From: Thermoplasmata archaeon HGW-Thermoplasmata-1
GTDB lineage: Archaea; Thermoplasmatota; E2; GCA-002838935
DNA: 36,586 nucleotides
Direction: 5' to 3'
Assembly (NCBI GenBank): GCA_002838935.1
Contig: PGXE01000007.1
Coordinates: 5,673 to 42,258 of the forward strand
The notes beneath the pieces are model-generated. The model was given only the letters and a program-made list of their open reading frames with translations, made no database searches and had not been told where the DNA came from. Made by a program: the position numbers and the translations under genes. This document shows, piece by piece, positions 1-8,773 of this stretch (positions are counted from its first letter, which is position 1; each line of letters starts with the position of its first letter).

Positions 1-1
1 T

Positions 2-469
2 TACGAACAAGGAAATGAAACCAAAACATTTCAACGAGCAGGCACCACGAAAAAGAATCCGGTCACTTCTGTAGGTCAACTACATCTTACCCTTCACAAA
101 ATTATTGACAGAAAAAAAGAGAAAAATATATTTCGACCCATTGAAGATCAGATAGAATTCAACGGGAAGAAGAAATATCAAGAAGACATCTCCATGATTA
201 GCGCGGAACTCGCTGCCAAGATGACCTATCGTGATACAACAAATGAGGCAAAACTGTTTCTGAATGATTTTCCATGCCCCAGCACCGTGAACCGATGTGT
301 AATCGAATACGGAGAAGAACTCGCAAGATTCAACAAAGATGCTACAAAAGGAGCTGATGTTAAAAAACGCCTGTGGACAAGTGCGCCATACGATAACGAC
401 TCGCTAGTGAGACGAACCGCTTACTTTCTTAAACAGTTTTTCCATTTCCTTCTTCGATGCTGTATATAG
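2..469 (+). pseudogene. Truncated ISH6-family (UPF0236-like) transposase fragment, open at window start
   Basis: Frame 2 is open from base 2: YEQGNETKTFQRAGTTKKNPVTSVGQLHLTLHKI...FRPIEDQIEFNGKKKYQEDISMISAELAAKMTYRD. This resembles the N-terminal region of ISH6-type transposases (GN..FQRAGT, FRP.ED...F.G...YQ.DI....LA...YRD). The frame ends before any DDE domain. Low GC. Confidence 0.7.
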
Positions 470-1527
470 TCTCCACCACCGGCTTATGCAACCTTTGCTG
501 CCGCTACTGCGGCGGCTCCATCTCAGAAGAGGTCATGCCGCACGAGGTGCAATACGATATTGAGAAGCTTGCGCGGCTTGTGGGCGACGACCCCGATGCA
601 ACGGTCGCTTTCTATGGCGGCGAACCTCTCTTGCGAATACCGCTCATTTCGGAAATGATGGAAAAACTGCCTGCGAAGCGTTTCGTGGTGCAGACGAACG
701 GCACCCCGCTCGACGAATTGCCGCAGGAGCTTCTTTGCAGGTTCGACGCGATTTTGGTCTCGCTCGACGGCAGGCGGCACGTGACGGACACGAATCGGGG
801 CGAGGGAGTATACGACAGGGTCGTTGCCAACGTCGAAAAAATACGACCCATCTTTGGCGGTGACCTAATAGCGAGGATGGCCGTAAGCGAGGAGTGCGGC
901 ATCTACGAGGACGTAATGCACCTGTTCAGCCTAGACTTCGACCACGTCCACTGGCAGCTAAACGCAATCTGGGCGTCCGACGACTCGTGGACCGATTTTG
1001 GAAAGTGGATATACGAATCCTACAATCCCGGCATAACACGGCTAAAGGAACTCTGGCTTGGCGAGATGAAAAAAGGAAAAATCCTCGGAATCGTGCCGTT
1101 TCAGGGCATAGTCCGCCGCATGTTCTTTGGCGGCGAGGGCGTGCCCTGCGGTGCCGGAAGCACCAGCTTTGCGGTAGCGACAGACGGGCGGATACTCGCC
1201 TGCCCGATTTGCGGCGAATACGAATGGAACCGCATAGGCGAACTGGGAAAAGAGACTGTGCAGTCGCTAAGGGGCAGGGTCGGGATCAACGAGCCGTGCA
1301 GAAGCTGCGACGTTTACGCGATATGCGGCGGCCGCTGCCTCTTTGCGAACAGGGAAGGGCACTGGAAACAGGAACAGTTCGATCTCGTGTGCATGACGGT
1401 TCGCCACCTCGCAAGGGAAATGCGGGATGCAAAGAAACGCATCGACGAACTTCTCAAAGCAGGCACAATAACGCGAGAGCAGTTAGATTATCCGCAGTTC
1501 AACAATACGACGGAGATAATACCGTAA
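457..1527 (+). CDS. Radical SAM/SPASM domain protein, AF0577 (TIGR04084)-like family
   Basis: CNLCCRYC (CxxxCxxC), FYGGEPLL, QTNG and SLDG motifs; SPASM cysteines CGAG..CPIC..CRSCDVYAICGGRC; family-like C-terminus FNNTTEIIP. Confidence 0.88.
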   Translation: MLYIVSTTGLCNLCCRYCGGSISEEVMPHEVQYDIEKLARLVGDDPDATVAFYGGEPLLRIPLISEMMEKLPAKRFVVQTNGTPLDELPQELLCRFDAILVSLDGRRHVTDTNRGEGVYDRVVANVEKIRPIFGGDLIARMAVSEECGIYEDVMHLFSLDFDHVHWQLNAIWASDDSWTDFGKWIYESYNPGITRLKELWLGEMKKGKILGIVPFQGIVRRMFFGGEGVPCGAGSTSFAVATDGRILACPICGEYEWNRIGELGKETVQSLRGRVGINEPCRSCDVYAICGGRCLFANREGHWKQEQFDLVCMTVRHLAREMRDAKKRIDELLKAGTITREQLDYPQFNNTTEIIP

Positions 1528-1659
1528 GATATGGCGCCCGCGAAATTTTGCCTTCGCCCATCCGCCTAAATTATACCGGCACAACATTTTAATTGAGCCA
1601 TTTTATTCATAGTCGAAGGTATAAGTGATTAACAGTTCTATACCTATGCCTTCGCCATA

Positions 1660-2035
1660 GTTGAGGAAGTTGAAAACTTCCGAAATAGAACTAACCCGAA
1701 CGAAGCGAGGGTTAGTGCGTGTTGAGGAAATGCATAGCAGTTCCGAAATAGGGCGAATGTCGAAGCGAAAGCGAAACATTCCGCCCGTGTCGAGGAACTG
1801 CGAAGCAGTTCCGAAATAGGGCGAATGTCGAAGCCCGTGTTGAGGAATTTTGAAAAATTCCGAAATAGGGCCAATCCGACCAAATGGAGGATTAGTCCGT
1901 GTCGAGGGATTGCGTAGCAATCCTGAGAGAATGAATCGCAAAAGCGATTCTGTTCGTAAGTTACGGTTGAGGGATTACGAAGTAATTCCGAAATTCCGAA
2001 ATAGAACAAATTGCATAGCAATTCTGTTCGTGACG
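1660..2035 (+). repeat. Tandem array of six ~50-70 nt dual-hairpin units (GTGTYGA - hairpin A - GAAATA - hairpin B); putative structured RNA or ssDNA element
   Basis: Linker GT(T/C)GA at 1660, 1721, 1789, 1839, 1901 and 1966. TTCCGAAATAG at 1678, 1741, 1809, 1858 and 1994. The intervening variable sequences are all self-complementary. Confidence 0.85.
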
Positions 2036-2096
2036 TTTGAACAATTCGATAACTAATGTCCGTAACTACAATGCCGCATTCATAAAGGTGATAACA

Positions 2097-2816
2097 ATGG
2101 AAAAAGGAAGCGTCGTAAAGATCGATTACGAGATGTGGGTCGAAGGCAGCGAAAAGCTTTTCGACACCACGAAGGAAGATGCAGCAAGGAACGCAGGCAT
2201 TCACAACCCGCAGATACCGTACGCGCCGCTCACCACCATAATCGGCGACGGCAGGCTCATAAAAGGGTTTGACAGCCACCTGCTTGCGGCGGAGATCGGA
2301 AAGGATTACGAAGTTGCGATTTCCGCAAAGGACGCCTACGGTGCGCACGACCCTTCCAAGGTCCAGACCATCCCGCTCATCCAGTTCAAGAAGCAGAACG
2401 TGAAGCCGCACGTGGACATGCAGGTGAACCTCGGTCAGACGCAGGGGCGGATAAGCCGCATAACCGATTCGAGGGCGTTTGTCGACTGCAACCACCCGCT
2501 TGCGGGCAAGTCGCTCAGATATCGGTATACCGTAGTCGGCGAGGCGAAGGACCCTTGCAAGAAGGCGGGTTGGATAATGAAGGCGAATTACCCCCGTGAA
2601 GTCGAGTTCGAGTCAGAGATAGACGGCAAGAGCGTAACGATAAAGGTCCCCGAGCCCTGCAAATACGACGTGCAGATGTGGCCTCTTGCGAAATACAGGG
2701 CGGTAGGCGACCTTCGCAACTTCGGCGGATTCGAGAACGTCTTCTTCGTCGAGGAATACATAATGCCGCAACAGCCGGAAAAGGAAGTTGTGGCAGAAGG
2801 CAAAAAAGAGGATTAA
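2097..2816 (+). CDS. Long-type archaeal FKBP peptidyl-prolyl cis-trans isomerase (SlyD-like)
   Basis: VKIDY..FDTT, G.GRLIKGFD, AYG and VDCNHPLAGKSLRY motifs. RBS AGGTGA at 2086-2091 supports ATG 2097 rather than TTG 2037. Confidence 0.92.
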   Translation: MEKGSVVKIDYEMWVEGSEKLFDTTKEDAARNAGIHNPQIPYAPLTTIIGDGRLIKGFDSHLLAAEIGKDYEVAISAKDAYGAHDPSKVQTIPLIQFKKQNVKPHVDMQVNLGQTQGRISRITDSRAFVDCNHPLAGKSLRYRYTVVGEAKDPCKKAGWIMKANYPREVEFESEIDGKSVTIKVPEPCKYDVQMWPLAKYRAVGDLRNFGGFENVFFVEEYIMPQQPEKEVVAEGKKED

Positions 2817-2858
2817 GCGAGATAAATCGCCGCAACCCGGATTTTTTTTAAATCCTTC

Positions 2859-3293
2859 TCATTCTTCCAGTATCGCCGCCTTCAGCTTGTGGCCTTCAGG
2901 GCATTCGACCTTCTTTCGCTCTATTTTTATTATCTTGTAGGTCTTGCCCGCGGCGAGCGCGTCTGGGTGGCAGAGCCGCCAGTTGCCGCATCCGCGGTTC
3001 TTGCAATCTTCGGGATTCAGGGTGATTGCCGTGCCGTTCGCCGATTTTTCCGGTATCGCGGCCTCGTGCGCCGTCACTTCCGTCACCTCGACGACCCTTG
3101 CCCCCGTATCGTGCAGCAGGCAGTCGTGGAGCTTTTCCCTTATCGCCGCGACCTCGTACATCTTTCCAGCTTCCAGATTGAAGCAGATGGTCCTCAATTT
3201 GCATTCCTTGCACGTCTGGGTATGCCCGAGATAGACGAACCTTCCCCCTTTTTTTGCCTGGCATTCGCCAAGAAGAGTGATTATATTCGGCAT
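2859..3293 (-). CDS. UPF0179 family protein
   Basis: ITLLG...AKKG..F.Y.G...CKECKLRTICFNLE.G..Y.V..IR...HDC.LH pattern, plus a second Cys cluster; archaeal family. Confidence 0.85.
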   Translation of the reverse strand: MPNIITLLGECQAKKGGRFVYLGHTQTCKECKLRTICFNLEAGKMYEVAAIREKLHDCLLHDTGARVVEVTEVTAHEAAIPEKSANGTAITLNPEDCKNRGCGNWRLCHPDALAAGKTYKIIKIERKKVECPEGHKLKAAILEE

Positions 3294-3395
3294 TTTTCAT
3301 TTCTCCGTTGATTTTTAAGCAGATGCGGAAAGGGAGGCGATAAGCCGCCGTAGCCGCATTTACGATTTTTTATAAATCCGATTTTTGAACCCGCG

Positions 3396-4463
3396 TTACG
3401 CCACGCCCGTTGCCTTGAGCAGCCGGTCGGCGGCCTCTTTTGTAAGCCCCTTGTCGCCGAGTATCGTATAACGGTCCGGCCTGAGTTCATGCGCATGCAC
3501 GAGCGCCTCGATAAACTTTGCCCGCGGCATCCCGAGCTCCTTTGCGGTCGTGGGCGCGCCTATCAATTTCAGCGCGTTTCGTATCATCTTCCAGTCGCCG
3601 CCGTGCAGGTACATGGTGAGCATCGATGAAACGCCGCACTGCTCGCCGTGCATCGCCGTTCCGGGTGAAAGCCGGTCTAGCATGTGGCTTATCATGTGCT
3701 CGGCCCCCGACGCCGGGCGGCTGCTTCCGGCAACAGACATCGCGACACCCGAGACTATAAGCGACTTTATGACAGTCCAGCTTGATTCCTCGATGCCGGG
3801 TTTTATGTATTCCGCGTTGTCGAGTATGAGCATTGCCGCGGTCTTTGAGAGCACTGCCGCAAACGAACTGAACTCCTCGTTTCGCAAGCGTCGAGCAAGG
3901 TCCCAGTCCATGACCGCGGTGAGATTGGATATCGCGTCCGCGCACCCCGAGGCGAGGCTGCGGTACGGCGCCTTGCTTATGACCGCGGTGTCCGCAAGGA
4001 TGGAAAGCGGTGCGTTCGCGGATATGGATACCGAGCCCACCTCCTCTTTGATGGAGGCTCTCGGGCTTGCCACGCCGTCGTGGGCCGCGTTTGTCGGCAC
4101 CGAGACGAAGGAGACGCCGAACTTGTAGGCCGCAAGCTTCGCCACGTCTATTATCGAGCCGCCGCCGACGCCGATGAAGAACTCGGATCCGACCTTCTTT
4201 GCGTGATCGACAACGCGCTTGACCTCTTTCATCGTCGCCCCGTGAGTCACGTTTATGACGTCGACCGCGTATCCGTTTTTTTCAAGCGTTTCCGTTATCT
4301 TGTCGCCCGCAAGCTTCTTTGTAATCGGGTCGTATATGACCAGCGGGTCGTTGCCGGCGTGTATCTGGTCGCACAGTTCCGCTATCCTGTTCGTCACGTC
4401 GTGCCCGACGAGGACGTTTCGCGGGAATACCATGACCTTCCACTTGTCGAAAATCTCTTCCAT
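3396..4463 (-). CDS. egsA: NAD(P)-dependent glycerol-1-phosphate dehydrogenase
   Basis: GVGGGSIIDVAK, VPTNAAHDGVASP, SSRPASGAEHMISH and HGEQCG motifs; C-terminal RPDRYTILG. Confidence 0.95.
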   Translation of the reverse strand: MEEIFDKWKVMVFPRNVLVGHDVTNRIAELCDQIHAGNDPLVIYDPITKKLAGDKITETLEKNGYAVDVINVTHGATMKEVKRVVDHAKKVGSEFFIGVGGGSIIDVAKLAAYKFGVSFVSVPTNAAHDGVASPRASIKEEVGSVSISANAPLSILADTAVISKAPYRSLASGCADAISNLTAVMDWDLARRLRNEEFSSFAAVLSKTAAMLILDNAEYIKPGIEESSWTVIKSLIVSGVAMSVAGSSRPASGAEHMISHMLDRLSPGTAMHGEQCGVSSMLTMYLHGGDWKMIRNALKLIGAPTTAKELGMPRAKFIEALVHAHELRPDRYTILGDKGLTKEAADRLLKATGVA

Positions 4464-4576
4464 CGAATCACCAGCACTATCATTTACCGGATAACACTAT
4501 TTTTTTATAGTCTTTATGCTTTCCCCGAAGCGATTTGCCTTATATTGCGGCTACAGATTCGGCGATGGTGAAACAA

Positions 4577-6103
4577 ATGACGGATTCCTTTGATGAAATG
4601 ACGAAGTGCTGCGGCGACTGCGATTGCGATTGCGAAAACCAAAGCGACGATAAGACGGACGCAGGGTGCCGCTGCACCAAAGATGCCGCCGCAAACGCGC
4701 ACACGGGCGGCCATTTCGGCTGCGCCGAAGATTCGGTCGCGCATGGCGATTCGGGTTGCACCTGCGGCTGCGGCGAAGAGGGCAGTGGGACAAGCAAGGG
4801 CGCAGGCAAGAAGAAAGGCGCCTGCTGCAGAAGCGGAGATGCCACAGAAAAAGGGTGCCCCGCCTCGCGGGCTTGCGATGCCCTCTCGCGCTTCTACCGC
4901 AACCACAACACCTTGTTCTGGCTGCTCGCCGTCGGGTTGCCGCTCCTTGCCCTCGTAATCGGATGCATAGTCCGCCCCGAGATATTCTACGACCAATTCG
5001 TCTGGAAATTCTACTGGGGACCGATAGTCGCGGACGGCACCGGGCATCCGGTCTCTCACAACGGGGTCGTCGCCTCATCCGGATACAACGTCGTGAATAC
5101 CATCAGCTGGGCGGTATTGATGATAGGCATCCTCGTATGGCTCAACAAAATCTTCCGGAGGTTCTCCATAAAAGTCGACCTCCGGTTCATACCTGGCGTC
5201 GTGGTCTACATCGTGATGGGTGCGATACTGCACGTCATGGAGGACAGCGGGATGTTCCTCGCGCCGCTAAAGTTCTTCCTCATAACCCCGCTCATATATC
5301 TGGAGGTCGCCGCGGTCGCGCTTCTCGTCCTTGCGGTGGGAATCCTGCTTGGAAAGGCGCATGCAAGGAACCGGAAGGTTGCGCTCATCGACTGGGCAGG
5401 CATCCTCGTTCTCGCGAACGTGGCCTACCTCATAACCTACCTCAACATGCCAGGCCAGATAATCTTCATGGCAAACCCGCTCGTTCTACTCGTTGCGAGC
5501 GTCCCCGGTTTCCTGATGGTGTTCTTCAGGGAGCGCAAAACCGGCGGGATGAATCCTGTCCACGTCATGACCGCAGGCGGCGTCGTCATGCTCATACTGC
5601 AAGTATATCTGGTGTTCCACTGGATGGTCATAGGCAAGTGGGCGTATACGGAAGGGACCCACGCATGGATACTTCTCCCCGTAATTCTCGGCTCGGCCGC
5701 GATAACGGGTGCGGTCTACGGCATCGCAAGGGCGCTGAAGAAAAAGCATTCGGGCGCAGCCGCATACATGATGCCGCTCAACCTGATGATGATATTCGCG
5801 CAGATGACGGACGCGATAGCAAGCAGCATGGGCATAGATTTTTTCCCCTACAGCGAAAAGCACGTGCTGCCAAAGATGCTCATCGACTTCTTCGAAAAGC
5901 TCGGCTTAAGCCTTCCCGCGACAACCGCGATGATGCCGTTCAAATTTCTCATCGTCATGCTGGTGATATACATGATAGACGTCGCTTCGAAAGAAGAGGT
6001 CAAAATGTATCCGAACATGGTCGGGCTTGTGAAGATGGCGATAATAATGCTGGGGATAGGCCCCGGTATCAGAAACGTCGTGAGGCTTGCGATGGGGGTT
6101 TAG
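4577..6103 (+). CDS. DUF63-like polytopic membrane protein with an N-terminal Cys-rich extension
   Basis: FVWKFYWGPI, GYNVVNT, V.EDSG, P.KF.LITPLIY, YSEKHVLP and LGIGPGIRN motifs; many TM helices. Start 4577 follows GGTG; 4565 is an alternative start. Confidence 0.8.
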   Translation: MTDSFDEMTKCCGDCDCDCENQSDDKTDAGCRCTKDAAANAHTGGHFGCAEDSVAHGDSGCTCGCGEEGSGTSKGAGKKKGACCRSGDATEKGCPASRACDALSRFYRNHNTLFWLLAVGLPLLALVIGCIVRPEIFYDQFVWKFYWGPIVADGTGHPVSHNGVVASSGYNVVNTISWAVLMIGILVWLNKIFRRFSIKVDLRFIPGVVVYIVMGAILHVMEDSGMFLAPLKFFLITPLIYLEVAAVALLVLAVGILLGKAHARNRKVALIDWAGILVLANVAYLITYLNMPGQIIFMANPLVLLVASVPGFLMVFFRERKTGGMNPVHVMTAGGVVMLILQVYLVFHWMVIGKWAYTEGTHAWILLPVILGSAAITGAVYGIARALKKKHSGAAAYMMPLNLMMIFAQMTDAIASSMGIDFFPYSEKHVLPKMLIDFFEKLGLSLPATTAMMPFKFLIVMLVIYMIDVASKEEVKMYPNMVGLVKMAIIMLGIGPGIRNVVRLAMGV

Positions 6104-6127
6104 GCCCCCATCTTTTTGCAATCTCTT

Positions 6128-6466
6128 CTAGCTCGATTTTGCCTTCTTTTCCGCAAAGTCGCCGATGAGCGGCAGCTTGAACCATTCTCCCTGGTATGCC
6201 TTTATCATCAGCACTATCCAGAGAACGAACATGAGCAGACCCACGAACATGCTTATTATCCATCCCACGGCAGGTATGAACGAGAGCGGGATGATGATTA
6301 TCATCAGCACGATGAATGTTATCAGCGACTGCAGGGCATGGAACTTCACGAACTGGCTCTTTTTCTCCACGAGAAGGAAGATTAGTCCCGTAAACCATCC
6401 TGCGATGTAGCAGAGCAGGCCTTCCACATTTTCGTCTATTCCGGTCGATGTTTTCTGTTCATCCAT
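6128..6466 (-). CDS. DUF4870/Tic20-like small membrane protein
   Basis: DENVEGLLCY..GW.TGLIFLLVEKKS.FVKFHA.QS and KAYQGE.FKLPLIG motifs. Confidence 0.88.
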   Translation of the reverse strand: MDEQKTSTGIDENVEGLLCYIAGWFTGLIFLLVEKKSQFVKFHALQSLITFIVLMIIIIPLSFIPAVGWIISMFVGLLMFVLWIVLMIKAYQGEWFKLPLIGDFAEKKAKSS

Positions 6467-6525
6467 TTTATCACCGACTCAGGTATTTCTTCGTCCACCT
6501 TTAAATAAGTTCTTGCCGCGGTTTT

Positions 6526-6930
6526 TTAGTCGAGCAGCCGCCGCTCCCAGTCAAGCCGCCGAAAACCTTCGATGTTCTGGCTCGCTTCAAGGCAGCCCAA
6601 GTATTTTCCGTCCGCGTCCCGAAGCGCGAAATACTCTATCACGACCTTCTCCTTGCCACCATCTTCGCCAAGAGGCAGGTCAATCCAGAACCGGGCGTTT
6701 TCCCTTTTACCCTCTTTCATCTCGGCAAGTATCCGTTCGACCTTGTCGAGGCTCTTTTTGGGGTGGCAGTTTCTCACGTCCCGCCCCACGACCGCCCCGG
6801 GGCGCTTGAATATCCTCGTTTCGTGCCTGTTCCACCCAAGCACCTTGTCGTCCGCGCCCAGGACCGAGAATTCTATGGGTATGGTCTCTAGCAGCGCGTC
6901 AAGCACGTTTTTTGGCAGTTCTCCCATCAT
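6526..6930 (-). CDS. Stand-alone PAS domain protein (PAS_10/DUF438-associated type)
   Basis: LLETIPIEFSVLGADDKV, RIFKR....VGRDVRNCHPKKS and YFALRD.DGKYLGCLEASQ motifs. Start at ATG 6930 or 6927. Confidence 0.85.
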   Translation of the reverse strand: MMGELPKNVLDALLETIPIEFSVLGADDKVLGWNRHETRIFKRPGAVVGRDVRNCHPKKSLDKVERILAEMKEGKRENARFWIDLPLGEDGGKEKVVIEYFALRDADGKYLGCLEASQNIEGFRRLDWERRLLD

Positions 6931-7022
6931 GGTATCGGGAATCGTTTGTCGCCCGGGGTTTATAATACTTTTTGCCAGCGTCTTCCGCACAGCACGTTAC
7001 GCAAGGGCGCAAAGCTGATAAT

Positions 7023-7047
7023 CCCGATAGGGTTATACCTTATCGGG
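7023..7047. promoter_or_regulatory. Inverted repeat centred on TTATA between divergent genes; candidate operator
   Basis: CCCGATAGGG-TTATA-CCTTATCGGG, with 9 of 10 arm positions complementary. Confidence 0.45.
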
Positions 7048-7055
7048 GAAGAAGC

Positions 7056-7277
7056 ATGAACGCGAAAACGGTTCTGATATGCTTGTTCGTTTCGCTTGCG
7101 ACCGGCTTTGGCGTCGGGCTGCTTGCGACGGAGTTGTTGCAGCATGAGATAGAGTTCTCGCTTTTTGTCGGCATACCTGCAGGCGTCGCCGCCGCGGTCG
7201 CGGTCATGGTCGCGTCGCTTCTGTTTTTTGGCAAAAGGGGCAAGGTCGCGCCGGAGACCATAAACGAACTAAGATAG
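7056..7277 (+). CDS. Small two-TM membrane protein
   Basis: MNAKTVLICLFVSLATGFGVGLL...EFSLFVGIPAGVAAAVAV; two hydrophobic stretches and a basic tail. Confidence 0.7.
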   Translation: MNAKTVLICLFVSLATGFGVGLLATELLQHEIEFSLFVGIPAGVAAAVAVMVASLLFFGKRGKVAPETINELR

Positions 7278-7355
7278 ACTCCAAAATCACAACCGCAAGA
7301 CGTGGTTTGCTGTGGAAAACGTTTATAAAAATCGGGTTTGTAAAAACCGTTGTCT

Positions 7356-7732
7356 TCAGGCCTTGGATTTGCCTTCTATGGTATCCCAGTTCTCGAGTGC
7401 GAGACCCATGAGGCGATAGGCCTTTTGTCCAAGCTTGGTAAGGTGCCAGTAACCGTCGTTGTCCTGCGCGATCAGATTATCGCGGTTCTTGAGGTATGTC
7501 AGGACCGGCGGGACGCTGAACGGGTTGATATTCAGGCCGAGATATTCCGCGAATTCGACGGTCGGATTCACCATCTCCTCGCAACCCCCTTTACCTTGCC
7601 GTTTGACCCGATGTAGAATATCAGGATGCATTTTATGTCGTTGCCCATCGGACCGAGCATCATAGCCGCGTCTTTTTGTATCTGGCGCAACTTTTCCCTG
7701 CTCAGGTGTTCAAATTCCGTTATAGTTTTCAT
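7356..7732 (-). pseudogene. Probable winged-helix protein split by a -1 frameshift (or two coupled small ORFs)
   Basis: RBS GAGGT precedes ATG 7732 (MKTITEF...GKVKG). The -1 frame continues GCEEMVNP...VLTYLKNRDNLIAQDNDGYWHLTKLGQKAY, a wHTH-like wing. Confidence 0.5.
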
Positions 7733-7873
7733 GTGTTGAACCTCGGGTTGCTGGATGGGTCGTTTATCGACCAACTTGTAATGCGGACGGGGTTTTAACG
7801 TAATTTGTTTGTGCTTGATCGTAGGGTCTGAATTTCATAATTCCACAAGTCTGAAATGGGTTTTTAGTATAAA

Positions 7874-7889
7874 TAATTTACATAAATTA
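7874..7889. promoter_or_regulatory. Palindrome in AT-rich divergent intergenic region
   Basis: TAATTTA-CA-TAAATTA has perfect 7-bp arms, but the region is very AT-rich. Confidence 0.3.
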
Positions 7890-8152
7890 AAAATATTATG
7901 AGGCATTAAAGCAGAATATTTCAATTTACTTGAAAAAGGAACCAGAACGCCACCAGTGTCGCGGGTGGTATTTTAGAAAAAAGTTGCAATATTAGCTAAA
8001 TAGGTTGCGGGTCGGCCTCAATTTTTCTTTTTCACAGAAGCAGCGCCTGTTTTGCGAACCGCCCGCGGCAAAAATAGATATAACCTTCCCACATAGGGTT
8101 TCTTCAATACTATATAGTATCTCATATATGCAACTCCAAAGAAGGTATATTC

Positions 8153-8581
8153 ATGTCATGGAAATCACCTGTAAGCTACGACGCCCAGTCCATGTCGCTG
8201 GTCATGCGCGAGGTTCTGGAAGAGATGGGCTACGAGTTCGAGAGGGGCCACTCGCAAAAGTATGGCACCCGGACCATGTTCGTCATGCCGGTGCCGACCA
8301 CAAGCTACGTTTTCCGGTTCACCGTAAAGAAGCCCGCGGAGTTCGTAATCGACCTCTACGACCTGCAGCTCACGCAATCGGCGTTCGTCCCCCACATCGA
8401 GATACCTGATATCACCTCCGCCAACATAAACGCGGTAAGGGCCGTGCTAAAGAACCTCGCAGGCAGACTGCCGCGAAAACCCTGGCATTTCACGTTCGGG
8501 CAACGGCTCGCAATCGGCCTTCTCAACCCCGAATTCCACAGGGCCAAAAAGGCGTGGCGGCGCCTCGGTTTCCCGACGTAG
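8153..8581 (+). CDS. Hypothetical protein
   Basis: 142-aa ORF with host-like codon usage; AAGGT RBS-like site and TATATA upstream. Confidence 0.75.
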   Translation: MSWKSPVSYDAQSMSLVMREVLEEMGYEFERGHSQKYGTRTMFVMPVPTTSYVFRFTVKKPAEFVIDLYDLQLTQSAFVPHIEIPDITSANINAVRAVLKNLAGRLPRKPWHFTFGQRLAIGLLNPEFHRAKKAWRRLGFPT

Positions 8582-8773
8582 GGTGGCGATCCATTTTTGC
8601 GCCGGTTTTTCACCCGCGGCTTGAAAAATCCGCTCTTTCGCGCAAGCGCTGCCCCAAGCTTATAAACCGGGAGTGCAGTAAATCCACGATTCAACACTAA
8701 AAGAAAAACAAAAACTTATTAACCTAAAGAACCTTACCTTCCCTAGATAAATCGATAGTGTCGAGGTGCGATA

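Noticed and set aside
1660..2035. CRISPR or TIGR array
   Set aside because: Constant parts are only 6-11 nt, the variable parts are self-complementary and related to each other, the period is irregular, and there is no cas or Nop-domain gene in the window.
1603..2056. ORFs 1603..1941(-), 1850..2056(+) and 1644..2495(-) as proteins or rSAM precursor peptides
   Set aside because: They are translations of the hairpin array or the antisense of the FKBP gene. Unit lengths are not multiples of three, and conservation follows base-pairing rather than codons.
4666..6168. 500-aa alternative-frame ORF and similar long shadow ORFs (e.g. 29458..30756, 13435..14565, 35310..36407)
   Set aside because: Arg/Pro-rich or antisense shadows of well-supported genes, expected from GC-rich codon bias.
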